Shown here piece by piece: positions 1-13,285 of a DNA stretch of 64,000 bases (position 1 is the stretch's first letter; each line of letters opens with the position of its first letter). Both the position numbers and the translations under genes were made by a program. The stretch comes from Adineta vaga (lineage: Eukaryota > Animalia > Rotifera), in the NCBI GenBank assembly GCA_021613535.1, contig CP075496.1:2604001-2668000 (forward strand), read 5' to 3'. The notes under the pieces were generated by a model. It was given only the letters and a program-made list of their open reading frames with translations, was not told where the DNA came from and made no database searches.

Positions 1-1542
1 TAGTAACATCTAAAACATCATCTATATCAGAAGAGAAAATGTTAAAAACTTCGATAACAAAAGAATTAAATCAATCATCAACTGTGAGTGAAAAAAGTAA
101 AAGTATGATTAAATCTTTTATTTGTTGAAACATTGTTTTTCATTGATCTGATCTCATTTAGAATCATTAATATTAAAACCACGTACATCAGCAATATTAA
201 CAAAATCTCATTCATTGAATGATATGAAACTTTCTAGTCAATCAATTCCTGTGAATATGAAAAAAAATGAAGTTGTTGTTTCACCATCAAAATCCAAAAC
301 AGTCATTAATTCACAAACTATATCTAAAAAATCAATCACAAAGAATCCACAAAAGAAAACTTCGATTAAAACAGAACAAATATCAACTTCAATGGTTAAA
401 TCACCTTCAACTATCGTGATTAAACAAGAATCACTTTCACAACCTTCAACAACTACATCAGTTTCAATCAATACTCTTAAAAAAATACCAAAGAAACTTG
501 TTTCATCATCAACATCGTTGGCAGAAAAACGTTCACGTTTATCAATGCCATCTGCATCATTAGATCGAAATTCAACTCGAGTAATTAGAAGAAATTAACA
601 TTTCATATTCTATGTACTCTCTTTTCTATGATTATTTGACAGAAATTAAAAAGACAAGACTCATTATCATCAAAAACGAAACCAAGTTTAAACCGAGAAC
701 ATTCTTTCTCCTCTCCCAATACTGTTAATAGTAACAACAATAAGCAATCAGAAAAGAAGAAGATTGTTAAAGGTAATTAAAAAGAATTGAAATAATAGAT
801 ATATTTACAATTTTTTTTTTGACGTATAGATTCTAAATTATCTCAATCTAGCAAATATAATCTCCCTCCATTATCATCAAATCATCGAAAAACGATTCCA
901 TCTAAATCAACACGTACTCCTTCTCCAGTACTTCATGAAGCTTCAGTAATTTCATTATCATCTCCACCCAGTGACATATCTCAACCATACAGTATTAGTT
1001 CACCTTCTGTTCAAATCTTTCAAAATGAAAATACACCTTTACAATCATCTATCGATATCGATACACAACTATCAGATAAATCCAATTCTCAGGATCAAAC
1101 TCTAATTAAAACAACAACAACAACAACTAATCAGATATGTTATTCTGATCAATCAGAAGATGCGAATGAAAGTGATACTTCACAAAATGATGATGATGAT
1201 GATGATGATAATAATAATAATAATAATGATCAAGATGGTGACGAAGAAGATGCTGATGATGAAGATTTACCTAGTATTCTTACTAATGATGACCTACGAT
1301 ATAAACTTATTTATATTTATAATCGATTTCAATTGAATTCAATTAATGATCTTACCATATTTGTTCGATTTTTTAAACGACATCAATTAATTGACATATC
1401 AACATTATCAATGACAAAAGCATCCGATGAAATGTTTACCTATGATCTATTCTCTCTTAGTCCATCACATATTGGTGAATTAGCTAATGATCTCGGTTAC
1501 ACAACAACAACAACAAGTATTGTTAATTCTTTAGAACAGTGA
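1..1542 (+). CDS. 3' part of a multi-exon gene, probable AF9/ENL (YEATS family)-like protein with C-terminal ANC1-homology/ET-like domain; 5' end lies outside the window
   Basis: Ser/Thr/Lys-rich exons are separated by short GT-AG introns (e.g. 773-829). The last exon (830-1542) is open, has an acidic DDDD/NNNN tract and ends ...FTYDLFSLSPSHIGELANDL, resembling the AF9/ENL AHD motif FDFDLCSLDKTTVRKLQSYL. The YEATS domain is not visible. Confidence 0.5.
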
Positions 1543-4500
1543 AAAAGAAACACAATTACAATGACATCGAATTTTGTTTCTTATTCCTTTTCTTTTCATT
1601 GTGCTATTTTGATAGACTGTCTACTTTATTATGAATTTGTCTTTCAGGCATGTATATAGTTCTGAATTTAACAATGGTATTCGACAGTTAAAGAAGGAGA
1701 CTTTGTCCCATTAGAAATATGTTTACTTTGCTTTCTTTTTTGTTCTATTTATTCTATATAACAAAAGAATAATGAATAGATAATATTATATAAGATTGTC
1801 ACATGAGAAAATCAATTACGAACGAAAAGTTTCAAGGTTTAAAAATTGACTTATAAAACAAGTTTTGAATGAAATCGTTCACACTATAATAACTGCCTAG
1901 CAACATTTGTTTATACATCATAGATTCGAAAGAACTTCTGATAATAGATGAAAAAAACTATTCATCATTCATAAAGTAAAACAAGGCATGAATTTTTTAC
2001 AATTCAAATATAATATCTTCTTCATAACAATGGTTATTTTTCAAATGTTCATTTCTAAATTGAACAAGTGATAATCAAATATATAAACGATATGTGTTAG
2101 CATTGAAACAGTTACTCACTGCTCTATTTTACACCTCGTAACTAAACAACAAATATAGACAAAAAAAAGGCATATGTCTTCTTTCATTATTATTGTTATA
2201 TCTGCAGCAAACTTTTATTTGACTTAACTTATCAGTCATTTATTTCTAACGATTACTTTTGCGGTATTTACTCAGCAGAAATTTGTTATAATCAAGCATT
2301 ATTGACTGAAATAAAATAAAAAAGAAGGGAAGAAACGAAAGAAGTTTACGATATATATTCACTATTTTAGTTGGATAAAATTTATTGGCCATTAATGATA
2401 AAAGATTTGTCTTTTCCTTTTGTGAATTGTTATTACTGTACGGTAAATCGAAATTCATAATGACATCTATTTGCGAGTGGCTTCTACTTAGTAATGAAGA
2501 TCATGAAGCAAAAAAACATAAAGAAAAAAAAATAAGCAACGACTGTTGAAGGAATAGCAAACGTAAAACGCACAAGTATGGATGTTGACATAAGTTTCTT
2601 TAAAGAGGCTTGTAAAGAATATTGTTCTTTCGCTTTGCTTATTCACAATCGAAAAATGACGAAAGTAAAATAGTTATAATACAATTGAAACAGAGAAATG
2701 TGAGGTAGTTGTTCTGTTGTAGTGACGAGAAGAATTTCATATAAATAGAAACATCGAATCACAATTCATCAGGTATTTTTATTGATCAACGAGATATTCA
2801 ATGATTATGGTAAGTAGAAATTAAGAATTACACTTGATAAATATGATGTTTTTCAAAATAACAAAATTAAAAGAGTTTATACTATAGAATGAAACCTACA
2901 ATATGTTATGTTTGGAATATATATTAAATGTAGATGAATGAGATATTTTTTTTGTTAATTATAACATATCTTTCGATAAGAAAGGAAACTTCTTTGATGA
3001 TTATTCAAATTGACTAATGAGATTTAAGTAAAAACTATTTATTTGTTATGCATGTATGCTTTTCATATTCTTATTTGAATTTCTCTTTTATAAACCTCAT
3101 TAATTTCCTGTAGAATTAAAATAAATTCTTTTTTCTTGTTGAAAAATAAACTTTGATAGTTTTATTTTGCTTCTTCAAGATGTCGATCATACAGTTTATT
3201 TATATTACTGATGAATATAAGAGTCTCTTTTTTTTCTACATTTCTTATTCTTTCATAATCATCTCAAAGTTGAAAAATCAACAAAAAGACAAACAAGCAC
3301 GCATAGACATACACACACACACACACGCGATAGGAGGTTGGAAGAAAAAGAAAAAGAAAGAAGAAAGTGAAAATCCTATTAGCGTTCGTTATTCAAACGC
3401 GTGCCACACATAGAAAAGTTAGATGAGAGAAGAAGAGAAATCTTTATAGTCATTTACCTACATTATCCTTAAAAAGAACATTCTTAATTTCTACTTTCAA
3501 CAGATATGTAAGTAATGTATTAAAATTGTGTGTATTTATTGAGCTTATCAGAATTGTGACCTATGAACTTAATTTTAATATACTTTGTACACTTTTTATT
3601 ATGTCATTTATACTCATACATCTGGTATGCAGTTCAGGTCATCAGATATGTATATATATATATATATAATAGATAACAAGATAAACAAATGATTTGCAAC
3701 TTTGTAATATATAAGAGTAATTCTATCTTTTGAATGAAATTAATCTTTGAATATGTACTCAGTCAGAATTGAATTTATTTAAGTATGTATATATTGATAA
3801 AATATTTTACTTTAAGAAAAATAAGACAATAAGTGTGTGTGTAGAATAATTTACACGTTTATATGATCGATTGCATTCAAACGGTTTTTTTCTCGTTTTA
3901 AAATCATTTTTTATTACTTCTTTGAAAAAATCTGAAGACATTGACATTTTTAAATATTTTTTTCCTTTAATAAGGACCCTAGAGTACTCAATTTTTTGTT
4001 CAATTTTTCCCTTATTGATTATCACCTTGCAATTCAATTTATTTACATTATTATATTCTTTTTTTTTACGATGGAATTCAACACTTATCACCAACCATAT
4101 ACAGTTATTATATGACGTTTTTTTCTATATAATTATAACGATCATCTGTCTTATTTAGCACTAAGCCTAATACTTTTCTTTCTTTTTCTACTTGAGAAAA
4201 AAACAGCAAAGATAGAAAAATTACTAGAATGATAAGATAGACATTGTCGTCGTATCGTTTTCTCGTCTTTCACTCTTTTTTTTTCTACCTCTTTCTTCCT
4301 CTTGACAACAGTTTGTCGTCACAGCATAGCATACACCTTCAATAGCATTGCGCTCTTAAGATGTTCTCTTTACCGTCTGTGTAGGAGAACATTCATATTT
4401 TCGCACGAGTAATTATCAGAATAATATATACTAACAATGTTGCTATGCAACTGAGCCTATATGTTGTCGTTCAAAGAAATGAGACGTTTATTCGTGTATA

Positions 4501-5380
4501 ATGGAGAGGACCAACATACTTGCAGATTTAGCATGCAAATAAAAAGAAAGAGTAAAAAAACGCAGAACGACAAGAATATAGATTTTAATTGCTACACAAA
4601 CAAATCGAGTACAAAACAATGGTTACAATAGTCAGATATCGAAGTAAGAAAGAACACGCTTTCAGTTAAGTATACATCTTTGAGTTCTTATTCGTAAATG
4701 AATGATATTGATTATATTACTCAATATTTGTTATCGCTTAACTACATGTAATACTTGCTTCAAAAAGAATTTATGAATTCAAAATGTGCAGTTCATAATT
4801 TTACGATTTCAAACTTAGAAGAAGAAGAAGAAGAAGAAAAAAGTAAAACGCACGGGTAAAAAAGTGCGCTTAGTGGATTTGAGTTTCTTTTTGTTCTTAC
4901 ATGCCGGATGTCTATCTATTTGACGATTGATCGTGAGAGGTAAGTGCATTTTTTTTATTTATAAAACATTGATTTGACAACCTTATTACTATATTTCTCA
5001 TAGATAAAAATGAAATAATATATACATTCTTATGTAATATAAAGTAATGATATCATACGAATGTTGGTATAGTTAGTCTCTTGAAACCTGTCAAAAACAT
5101 ATTGTTCTACAATATCAGAAACTTTTTCTTCTTCTTTTTCTTCTAGATTCACATTTGTCAATGACAATAACAACCACATATATATTTTTACATTCAACAT
5201 CACGACTACAACTTATTTCTCGTCTTAACTCTTACTTCTGGGCTTCTTATTTCACATCATCATAGTTTCATCATTCATTTCTTTTTCATTGTTTCTTCTC
5301 TCATTCTTTTCTTTGTTTATTTCAATTCCATACATCCATATATATAATTATATATTTATTAACAAAATTCTTTGGACAAA

Positions 5381-8300
5381 ATGTTGACTGAATATGATTC
5401 ACAACATGCTCATCGTGATCATCAACAACATGATCAACGTGATCTACATCAATATGATCAACGAGAACATCCTCACCAACAACAGCAACAACAACAACAA
5501 CCACCACCGCGTTTGTCAGGATTAGAACGTGGTCGAGCTGTTAAATTAATGAGAAATGGAGATTTATATTTTCCTGGACGTTCCTTCGTTATCAATCAAC
5601 GTAAATACCCAATGCTTGATGTCTTCTTGGATGATGCATCACAAGCATTAAGTGCTAATTTTGGCGCTGTTAGATGTATTTATACACCTAAAAATGGTAC
5701 TCGAGTGCATGATATATCTGAGTTAGAAGATCATCGCACTTATGTTGCTGCTGGAGCCGAAAAATTTAAAAGACTTCAGTAAGAACATTTATAGAGAAAC
5801 TAGTCGAATAAGAGAATTGTATATCTTATTTTACTTTCTAGATACTATGATATTGCAGAAGGTAGACGAGGTCTGATGAAAGATCGAACACCACCCAGAG
5901 TAAGTACAGTACTCGACATCATAACCGATACAATAATCTTCTTTTGATACTATCGAATCAGAGTCTTATTTAGGACAAGTGTTAAGTTAATCTTTTATTT
6001 TCTTTCTTTTCCATTCAAAGTATCGATCATATAGTACTTACAATAAGAATAGAATCGATGAAGAAGTAAAGAAATATATTTAATATCTATTGTTCACGAA
6101 TTCCGTGAATGAAATGTGTTCTCGGCAATATAATTTGTTTAAAGTAGCTCAAGTAAATCTTGACTTTTAAACTTTTTTAAATCTCATTTTAGCTTCCACC
6201 AGTTCGTCGATTTGATATCGAAGGTCGAGCATTGAAATTATCTCGATCAGAAAATGTTATAATCTAGTAAGTGTTATCTATATTGATTGATTACATTGAA
6301 ATAGTTCTTTTTTAGTGTCTATCGAAACGGTGATCCTTTAACATTACCAGCAAAAATTCTCTTGGTCAAACCTACTTTACAAAATTGGGAATCAGTTCTC
6401 GATGAAATTACTAGAAAAGTATCTCTTACAAGTACAGCTGTATTAAAGTAACTATATAATTATTACTAACTTGTTCTGTGATAAATCAAAATCGATATGT
6501 TTTATTTTCTAGATTGTATGCATTGAATGGAGAATTAGTAACATCTGCTCAACAATTGGAATATAATGGAATGTACGTTGCAGCAGGAAAAGAACGTTTC
6601 AAACGTATTGAATATCCTGATCCAAAATCCTTCAGTCCAAATTCATCTCCGAAAATGTCAAGAAAATCGTAAGTAAATTGATAAAGTTTTTTTTCGTCTT
6701 TTATGAAGACGTCCGAAGAGATTAAGCAAGCGATATACAATGCTATCTAAGCTATTTTTATCGTAATATAAACTTTTCTTTCACCTTCACACAGGTCTCA
6801 TTATCAATTTTCTGGGTAAGTTCTAGCTTATTGCGATATGGAATCGGCACAACAAACCTTAGCGTGTCACTCATATCGATAGACAAACTAAATAAACAGA
6901 AGAATATTTCTTCTACTAAAACAACTGTTTTGATAAACGTAGTTTCGCCTGTATATTTGCATAAATTTAGTTGTGTTATCTTTACTATATCTATTTAATG
7001 GTCATGAAGACAAATGTCTTCTAAATTTTTATAGTGATTATCCACAAAAGAAACTATCTGTTCGACAAATAAGAGTAGATGATTATAATAATCATCAATC
7101 GTCATCTAATATGCACCATTCTACACAACAAAGGTATTTTAAAATTGAATATCTCTTCATCGTCAGCTATCGCGTCGTTACGATCATCTATTTTTAATCA
7201 TCAAATGATTGTTTGATGAAAGTATAAAATTGAAAAAAAAACAATATAGATTATATTTAATTTTCTATCTTCTTCGATTATTTATTAACATACTCCTTTT
7301 TCTTCAACTTAGAATGCTCATTAATTTTATTCTTTCCTTATTATGTGCTAATAAATATTCTCCTATTTAATCTAGATATACAAAATCCGATGGAACAAAT
7401 ACTCATACAGCCACAACAGCAAACTCTCACGGCAGTTATGAACATGGTGTACAGTAAGTTATTTTGATTGACAATTCTTATATAATTTACATATTATAAG
7501 TCGACGTCCTGTTCGAGAAGAAAATGATTTTTTCAATAGCAAACCACAATCACTACGTCGTGGACCAACTCAAGAAATAGATCTTGATCGAGGTAAAATA
7601 TACGTAAAATAATGATATTCTATTTCCTATGATCTTGTTTTAGACGATGGAGGTATATATAAAGGTCGTTCAAATCATCGAGAACGTGTACGTCAGATTG
7701 ATGATACACGTGATACAAAAATTGATTTACCTGTTGACTATCGAGAGATTGAAACAGTCGAAGTATGTTTGTCGAAGGTTATTTTAAGTCAACATTTCTC
7801 TTCTATTTGATTATTAGGACGAGAGTCTTCATGGAAATACAGAAGTATGCTATCTTCTTTTTCCGATAAATATCTATATTAATTCCATTATTATCTAGAA
7901 AAAAGCTCGTCGTCAGCATCAACCCTCGAACCAAACAAAGTCTAATCAAGCTGTTGCAAATTCACGTCGACGTTCACCTCCAGCGCAATCAGTCAAGGTA
8001 GATTGAAAATATAATTGTAATTAGTTTAGTTTTCTTTATATTAAGACTCCACCAAAGAATTATCATAATGGTCATAATCGAAACGATGATGAGAACGATA
8101 ATATCAATAAAATCTGAAATGAATAATGGTCATCAGCAACATCGCAATAATCAGCAAACAATGAAAAGTAACGGATATGATAATGATTATCATCGTCGTA
8201 CACCTCCGCAAATCGATGATCATGTGGATGATGATCGAGACGAAGAACGAATGACTCGTTCACACCATCAACAACAATATGCGCCATCAAATAAGAAGGT

Positions 8301-9185
8301 ATACATATATGTAAACATCAACAAATATTTTGCCTTCACTTTTTTTGTTCTACTAATATTCAAAAGTTTGTTTTGTGTGAATATGTTTGTCCAAGCTTGC
8401 ATACTTATTTATAGGTTAACCAAGAGGATAAGGATCATGCTGCTACTGTTATTCAATCTCATGTCCGTGGTTATCTGACACGTAAACAGCCTCATCACGA
8501 AAGAGAACAACATACTGATCAATTAACTAATAACCATGATAATGAAGAAGAAAGTACTAAACAACTAACGGATGATCATGATGGAAAACGAAATACTAAC
8601 CCTTTAATCGATAAACAGGCTGAACAAAAAGCACATCAAGAAGTACATAAAAATGAAAATGAAAATGAAAAAGTACATCAAGATCATCTTTCATCACAAG
8701 CAAATGAGGTGAATGCTTTTACTTTTAAACTAATCTGATTATTGACAACAAAAAAGAAATCAAATAATAGATTCTCTTTTGTTCTCCTTAGTCACAAGAT
8801 AGTATGCTTAAATCGTTAGCGAATCTAACAGTTCAACAAGCTGTGAAGGAAGCTTTGGTAATAAATAATAAGCAGACAAAAGATAACGAAATAAGGGTAT
8901 CTGTTTTGCAATACTCTTCAAATTAATTCTATGACATATAGTTACATACTATAGCTATTTCTTCTAGTAGCTTAAAAGCATCCACTTATATGCCTTACTC
9001 TTCTCTGAATCTGAATCAGTTTTCGTTTTGAAAATATTTATTAATTTTATTAACAAAATTTGAATCGATTTTATTTCGCCTTTTTCGACTTTATACAGCT
9101 TTTTGTCCATATATATTTATCTATAACTTTTACTTTTATTTATTTATAGCGTCATAATAATTACGATGATGATGACAATGTTTAA
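5381..9185 (+). CDS. Doublecortin-domain protein (DCDC2-like, two DCX domains) with C-terminal IQ motif; about 15 exons
   Basis: ATG at 5381. DCX1 (AVKLMRNGDLYFPG...RCIYTPKNGTRV...YVAAGAEKFK) is in exon 5381-5778. DCX2 (VYRNGD...WESVLDEITRKV...LYALNGELV...YVAAGKERFK) is spliced from ~6193-6668. IQ motif AATVIQSHVRGYLTRK at ~8439-8486. Final exons 8792-8857 and 9150-9185 (TAA). Introns are canonical GT-AG; some internal boundaries are approximate. Confidence 0.85.
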
Positions 9186-10222
9186 ATTTCCACTTTTCAA
9201 TGCCGACCAAAATCTTCTTTGACATACACTTTATTAAAAAATATACTCTTTGAAACCGTGAAGACATTATGTGTATATATGGTATCAAAATAATGACGAT
9301 CTCTATACAGATCGATCTATTTACTTCTAATTATTAGAAAAAAATACGTCACTACATTTTATTTGTTTTCTTTTTCAAGTACTTCTTTTACTTGCTTTTG
9401 CTTATCTTTTCTTTCTGTCAACTATATACATGTTTTTTGCTGTAATCATTATCCAAATAAATTGATATACAGCAAATTATTATGATTCTAAGTGCGTATA
9501 TTAAAATCATTTTTATCATATAAAGAAAATTTCAGTTAATATACATGTCAAAGAATAGCTCTATGTTTTCAATTTCATGATAAAAACAACAGTATACTCA
9601 CTATTACCAAAAATATTTAAAAATTACATCGTGACTATATTCTTAAACATGTTTTAACTTGCAATTCACGCACCCTCAGTGTTCATTCGAGTTGATGTAA
9701 GATGACACGAAAATACAAAATATATGCCATTTTAAAAACGCGAACTAATCTTATCGATTAGTCATCCTAGTTTATCTTTTTATATTACTAATAATAATCT
9801 TGATTTACACTTTTATTCTATTTTTTATATCACCTTCATATTTAAGAAATAGTTAGACGAAGATGAATATTCAAATTTTTGATACTACATCATGATGACG
9901 ATGAGTCATAGTTGCAACAGTTGTTAAGGTAACTAGGCCGTAAAATGCATGTTCTTTCATTTCTCGGAGCCTTGCTCTTATCGTCCTCTATGCTTTCGTT
10001 CTCTTCGTCGAGAGCTAGAGAAAAAAGAATGAAAGAATAATGAGTAACACGTCATTTTTTTTCTTTTTCCTTAGATTGTTGTTGCCTGAATTACAAAGGT
10101 ATATAACCACGACGTTTTATTCGATTCTCTTTTCATGGTCTCCATTCTCACAAGTATAAACGTGTTCCTGAATATAATGTGTTATGTATCAACAAAAAAA
10201 AGACTGTTGCATTGAAATATAA

Positions 10223-11365
10223 ATGGGTGCAAGTGGAAGTAGTGAGATTCAAGTGACTTTTGATCGTCCAAGTTTATTCTTTATTGCTGGTGAGCAAATT
10301 GCAGGCAATATTTCATTTCAAAATACTCAAGACAAATTAGTTTTGGATTCGATCTTTCTGGAATGCACTGGTGAGCTTGGATATACAACACGAGAAACAC
10401 GACATTTTAAAGACAATCAAGGTCGTGCACAAACTGAACATTATACAAAACGTCATCATATACCATTCATACAGGTTCGTGTTCCTGTTGCTCAACCTCA
10501 ATATGGACAAGTAAAACATATTCTAAAGTATAAATCAAATATATTTTCTTGTCTCAAATTCTAGCGTGAAATAACTCTATATCGTGGTCAACACTCGTGG
10601 CCGTTTCAATTCGTATTGCCTCAATATTTACCTCCATCATTATTGCCATCAACAAATTCTTATCCCTATGTTAAATACTATACCCGTATTGTTCTCGATA
10701 AACCATGGTATAAACCAAGTGCCAAACAAGTTTATCCATTAACGATATTTCCTCGAGTTAATATTCTTCATACGCCAGGCGGACAACAACCTGCTGCATT
10801 TTCAAATCAAAATCGCAAAAAAATTCGAATACAAGGATATATTATGCGGAGTGGTGTTGTCCCAGGTGATAAACTTTCTATTCAAATTGACCTTCAAAAT
10901 CCTAAACGATCAGAAATTAAAAAAATTGAAGCTACATTAATGCAACATCGACATGTGGCTCGAAGTTCTCATACAGAAGTTATATTACGAACAGATTTAC
11001 CAGATCTAAACGAATTCAATGGTACAGAATTGCAGAAAACTTTTGATATTACGATACCTTCGGTATATTTATCACCTACTTATACGTATTTGTCCCAAAA
11101 CCATGCGTCACCTCTTGGTGTATCTGTTCATTATGAATTATTATTAGATGTAAAAGTTCGTGGATTATTTACTGATTTCAAAATGAGTGTTCCGATAGTT
11201 GTGGGAACAGAACCAGTGACTAATGAATTACAACAACAACAACAACTTCATTACCAAGAACAAATGAATGTTTCTCTTGAAATACCGATGGCCAGTGCTC
11301 CACTTTATGAATATGACGAGCCACCACCGAGTTATGAAACTGTTGTGACCGATCAGAAAATGTAA
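10223..11365 (+). CDS. Alpha-arrestin / arrestin domain-containing protein (362 aa; exons 10223-10510 and 10565-11365)
   Basis: Arrestin-N (IQVTFDRP...AGEQIAGNI; HSWPFQFVLPQYLPPS; VKYYTRIVLDKPW), arrestin-C (VPGDKLSIQIDLQN; VHYELLLDV; VPIVVGT) and C-terminal PPPSY (PPxY) motif. A 54-nt GT-AG intron joins the two track ORFs in frame. Confidence 0.93.
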
Positions 11366-13084
11366 AAATTTCTTCTTGTGATTTTGTTTTCTTTTAACTT
11401 TTCAATAATCTGTTGAATAACGAAGAACAAAATAAATATAATAAGCAATACACAAAAAGTGAAAGATGTTTCTCACCAACTCAAACCAAAGAATTCAGAA
11501 AAATATACCTTAACTTGCATAAGTAGTATAGCGTTGAAACTATCAAATTTCTCAACTTAAGGTTAATTCAAATATTTTATTCACTCTTCTCCCTTATTTC
11601 AGTTTTATTCAATAGCCAATATTGATAAGATTCACCTTTTAGTTTCGGTTAGTATTACAGACAATTGTGACGAAACAAATAACAATAAAGATTTAATTAC
11701 ATGATTAGTAATTTACGAGACTTATGTTTCAATACGATTAAAGATTGGTCGTTTCGTCATTACATAACCATTTCTCAGCGCATTTACAAGTCAATCAAGC
11801 TTGACAAGAAAGTTCTTAGTAAATATGTTGTTAAAAGTTTCAGTAGTTGAAAAACTAAAATTCCTGTCCTACTAAGACTACACACGAAAAAGTAACAAGA
11901 CAATAATATCATGATATCCATTGTCTATACTCCATGAGCAGATGCGGAAAAGTGAAATATCAACTGACATATTGTTAACATTTACTATCATACAACGAAA
12001 AATGATCAAGTGCACGTTCACAACTAGGAAACAGTTAATATGATTCACGATTATCACCAGTAAATTATACAATAAATATTTCGCTTCTATCCATGTAAAA
12101 CAAAACAATCACATTGTGAAACTTCAAAAATTCACGCTCCAACCTACATAATAACACGTATAAAACTTTGCTAAAAACAAAAACTATATTGATTCTTCAA
12201 AACAGAACTGACTTTAACATACCATCGTCACGATTGTTCAAATATATCACCAAATAACTCAAAAGCTATTCAACCAAATTGAGTAAAAATTATACCTTCA
12301 ACTCAATGGTGCATAATTTCACATATTCCTAAAACTTAAACTTTTCCTCGCTCATATAACAATGCAACAAGACGAAATCTAACCAATGAAACATAAAAAA
12401 CAAAGAAACAATTAATGCAAATCCGTCATGAATATACAAACCAAAACTGAATAGCACCTGACCGAATCAGTATAACAATAGAACGAAAACAAAATTAACG
12501 AAAGAACTTTACACCAGTTAACGACAATAACTATAAACGTATCAAAAGAACAATTTCTAAATGGTATATAATATCTATCAGAGGTTCAAGCAGGCCACAC
12601 CTTCGCGGCCTGTCTGCATCTCTTAGTTATGGTAGGCTGGCTACGCTCAGGTAGGACAGCAGCCTTAGTACCCTAATTACACGTTCGGTTTCCAATCTAT
12701 CATCATTTTTCTATTCGTTCAAATAAATAGATAAGTATCGAAGACGAGACCTGTTTGCAGCTCTGCTATCTTTTTGCTTATTCAGTTCTTCTTTTTCTGG
12801 TAACAAAGCTTTATTCAGTATAACAATATTACAATAGTGGAGAAAACAACGGATGTAGGTTATTATACGAACGCTGAAGAAGAAAAGACAGCGGATCCAT
12901 GGCTGATGTCTTTTGCCCGTAGAGAGAAGGAAAGAGAAGAAGTTACAATTGGTATAAGTATATATACATACATAGAGTGTTGTGTGTAAAACGCGAGAAG
13001 AATGGTATATATGATGTTACAATATAAAGAACAGAGAGTGGTTATACATGTGATTGAAGAAAAGAAGGAATAATGACCTGGTCT

Positions 13085-13240
13085 GTTCACTTCGTATATA
13101 GTATGAAAGTGTAGAAAGAGAACAGTGAAATAGCTAGACAGTAAAAACGAATCAGCAAAAACATTGTATCATTTCTTCGTAAATATCGAGCAAACTCATA
13201 GTACACGATTCCGTTATAACAATTTTTGTACATATTCGGC
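13085..13240 (+). promoter_or_regulatory. Inverted homolog of the rDNA spacer/5'ETS boundary (putative Pol I promoter copy) downstream of LINE ORF2
   Basis: 13189-13238 matches the reverse complement of 26141-26190 at 46/50 nt, with weaker colinear similarity to spacer subrepeats upstream. The homology is seen directly; promoter function is inferred. Confidence 0.6.
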
Positions 13241-13285
13241 CAGTATAGTGATGATCTTGAATATTGATGTTGATGTTATAGATAC

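Noticed and set aside
2246-4158. Intergenic ORFs, including the overlapping 95-aa pair
   Set aside because: Low-complexity AT-rich frames with no motifs or supportable exon structure.
11500-12400. A/C-skewed stretch as a further TE or telomeric region
   Set aside because: No coding motif, terminal repeat or telomeric repeat could be supported.
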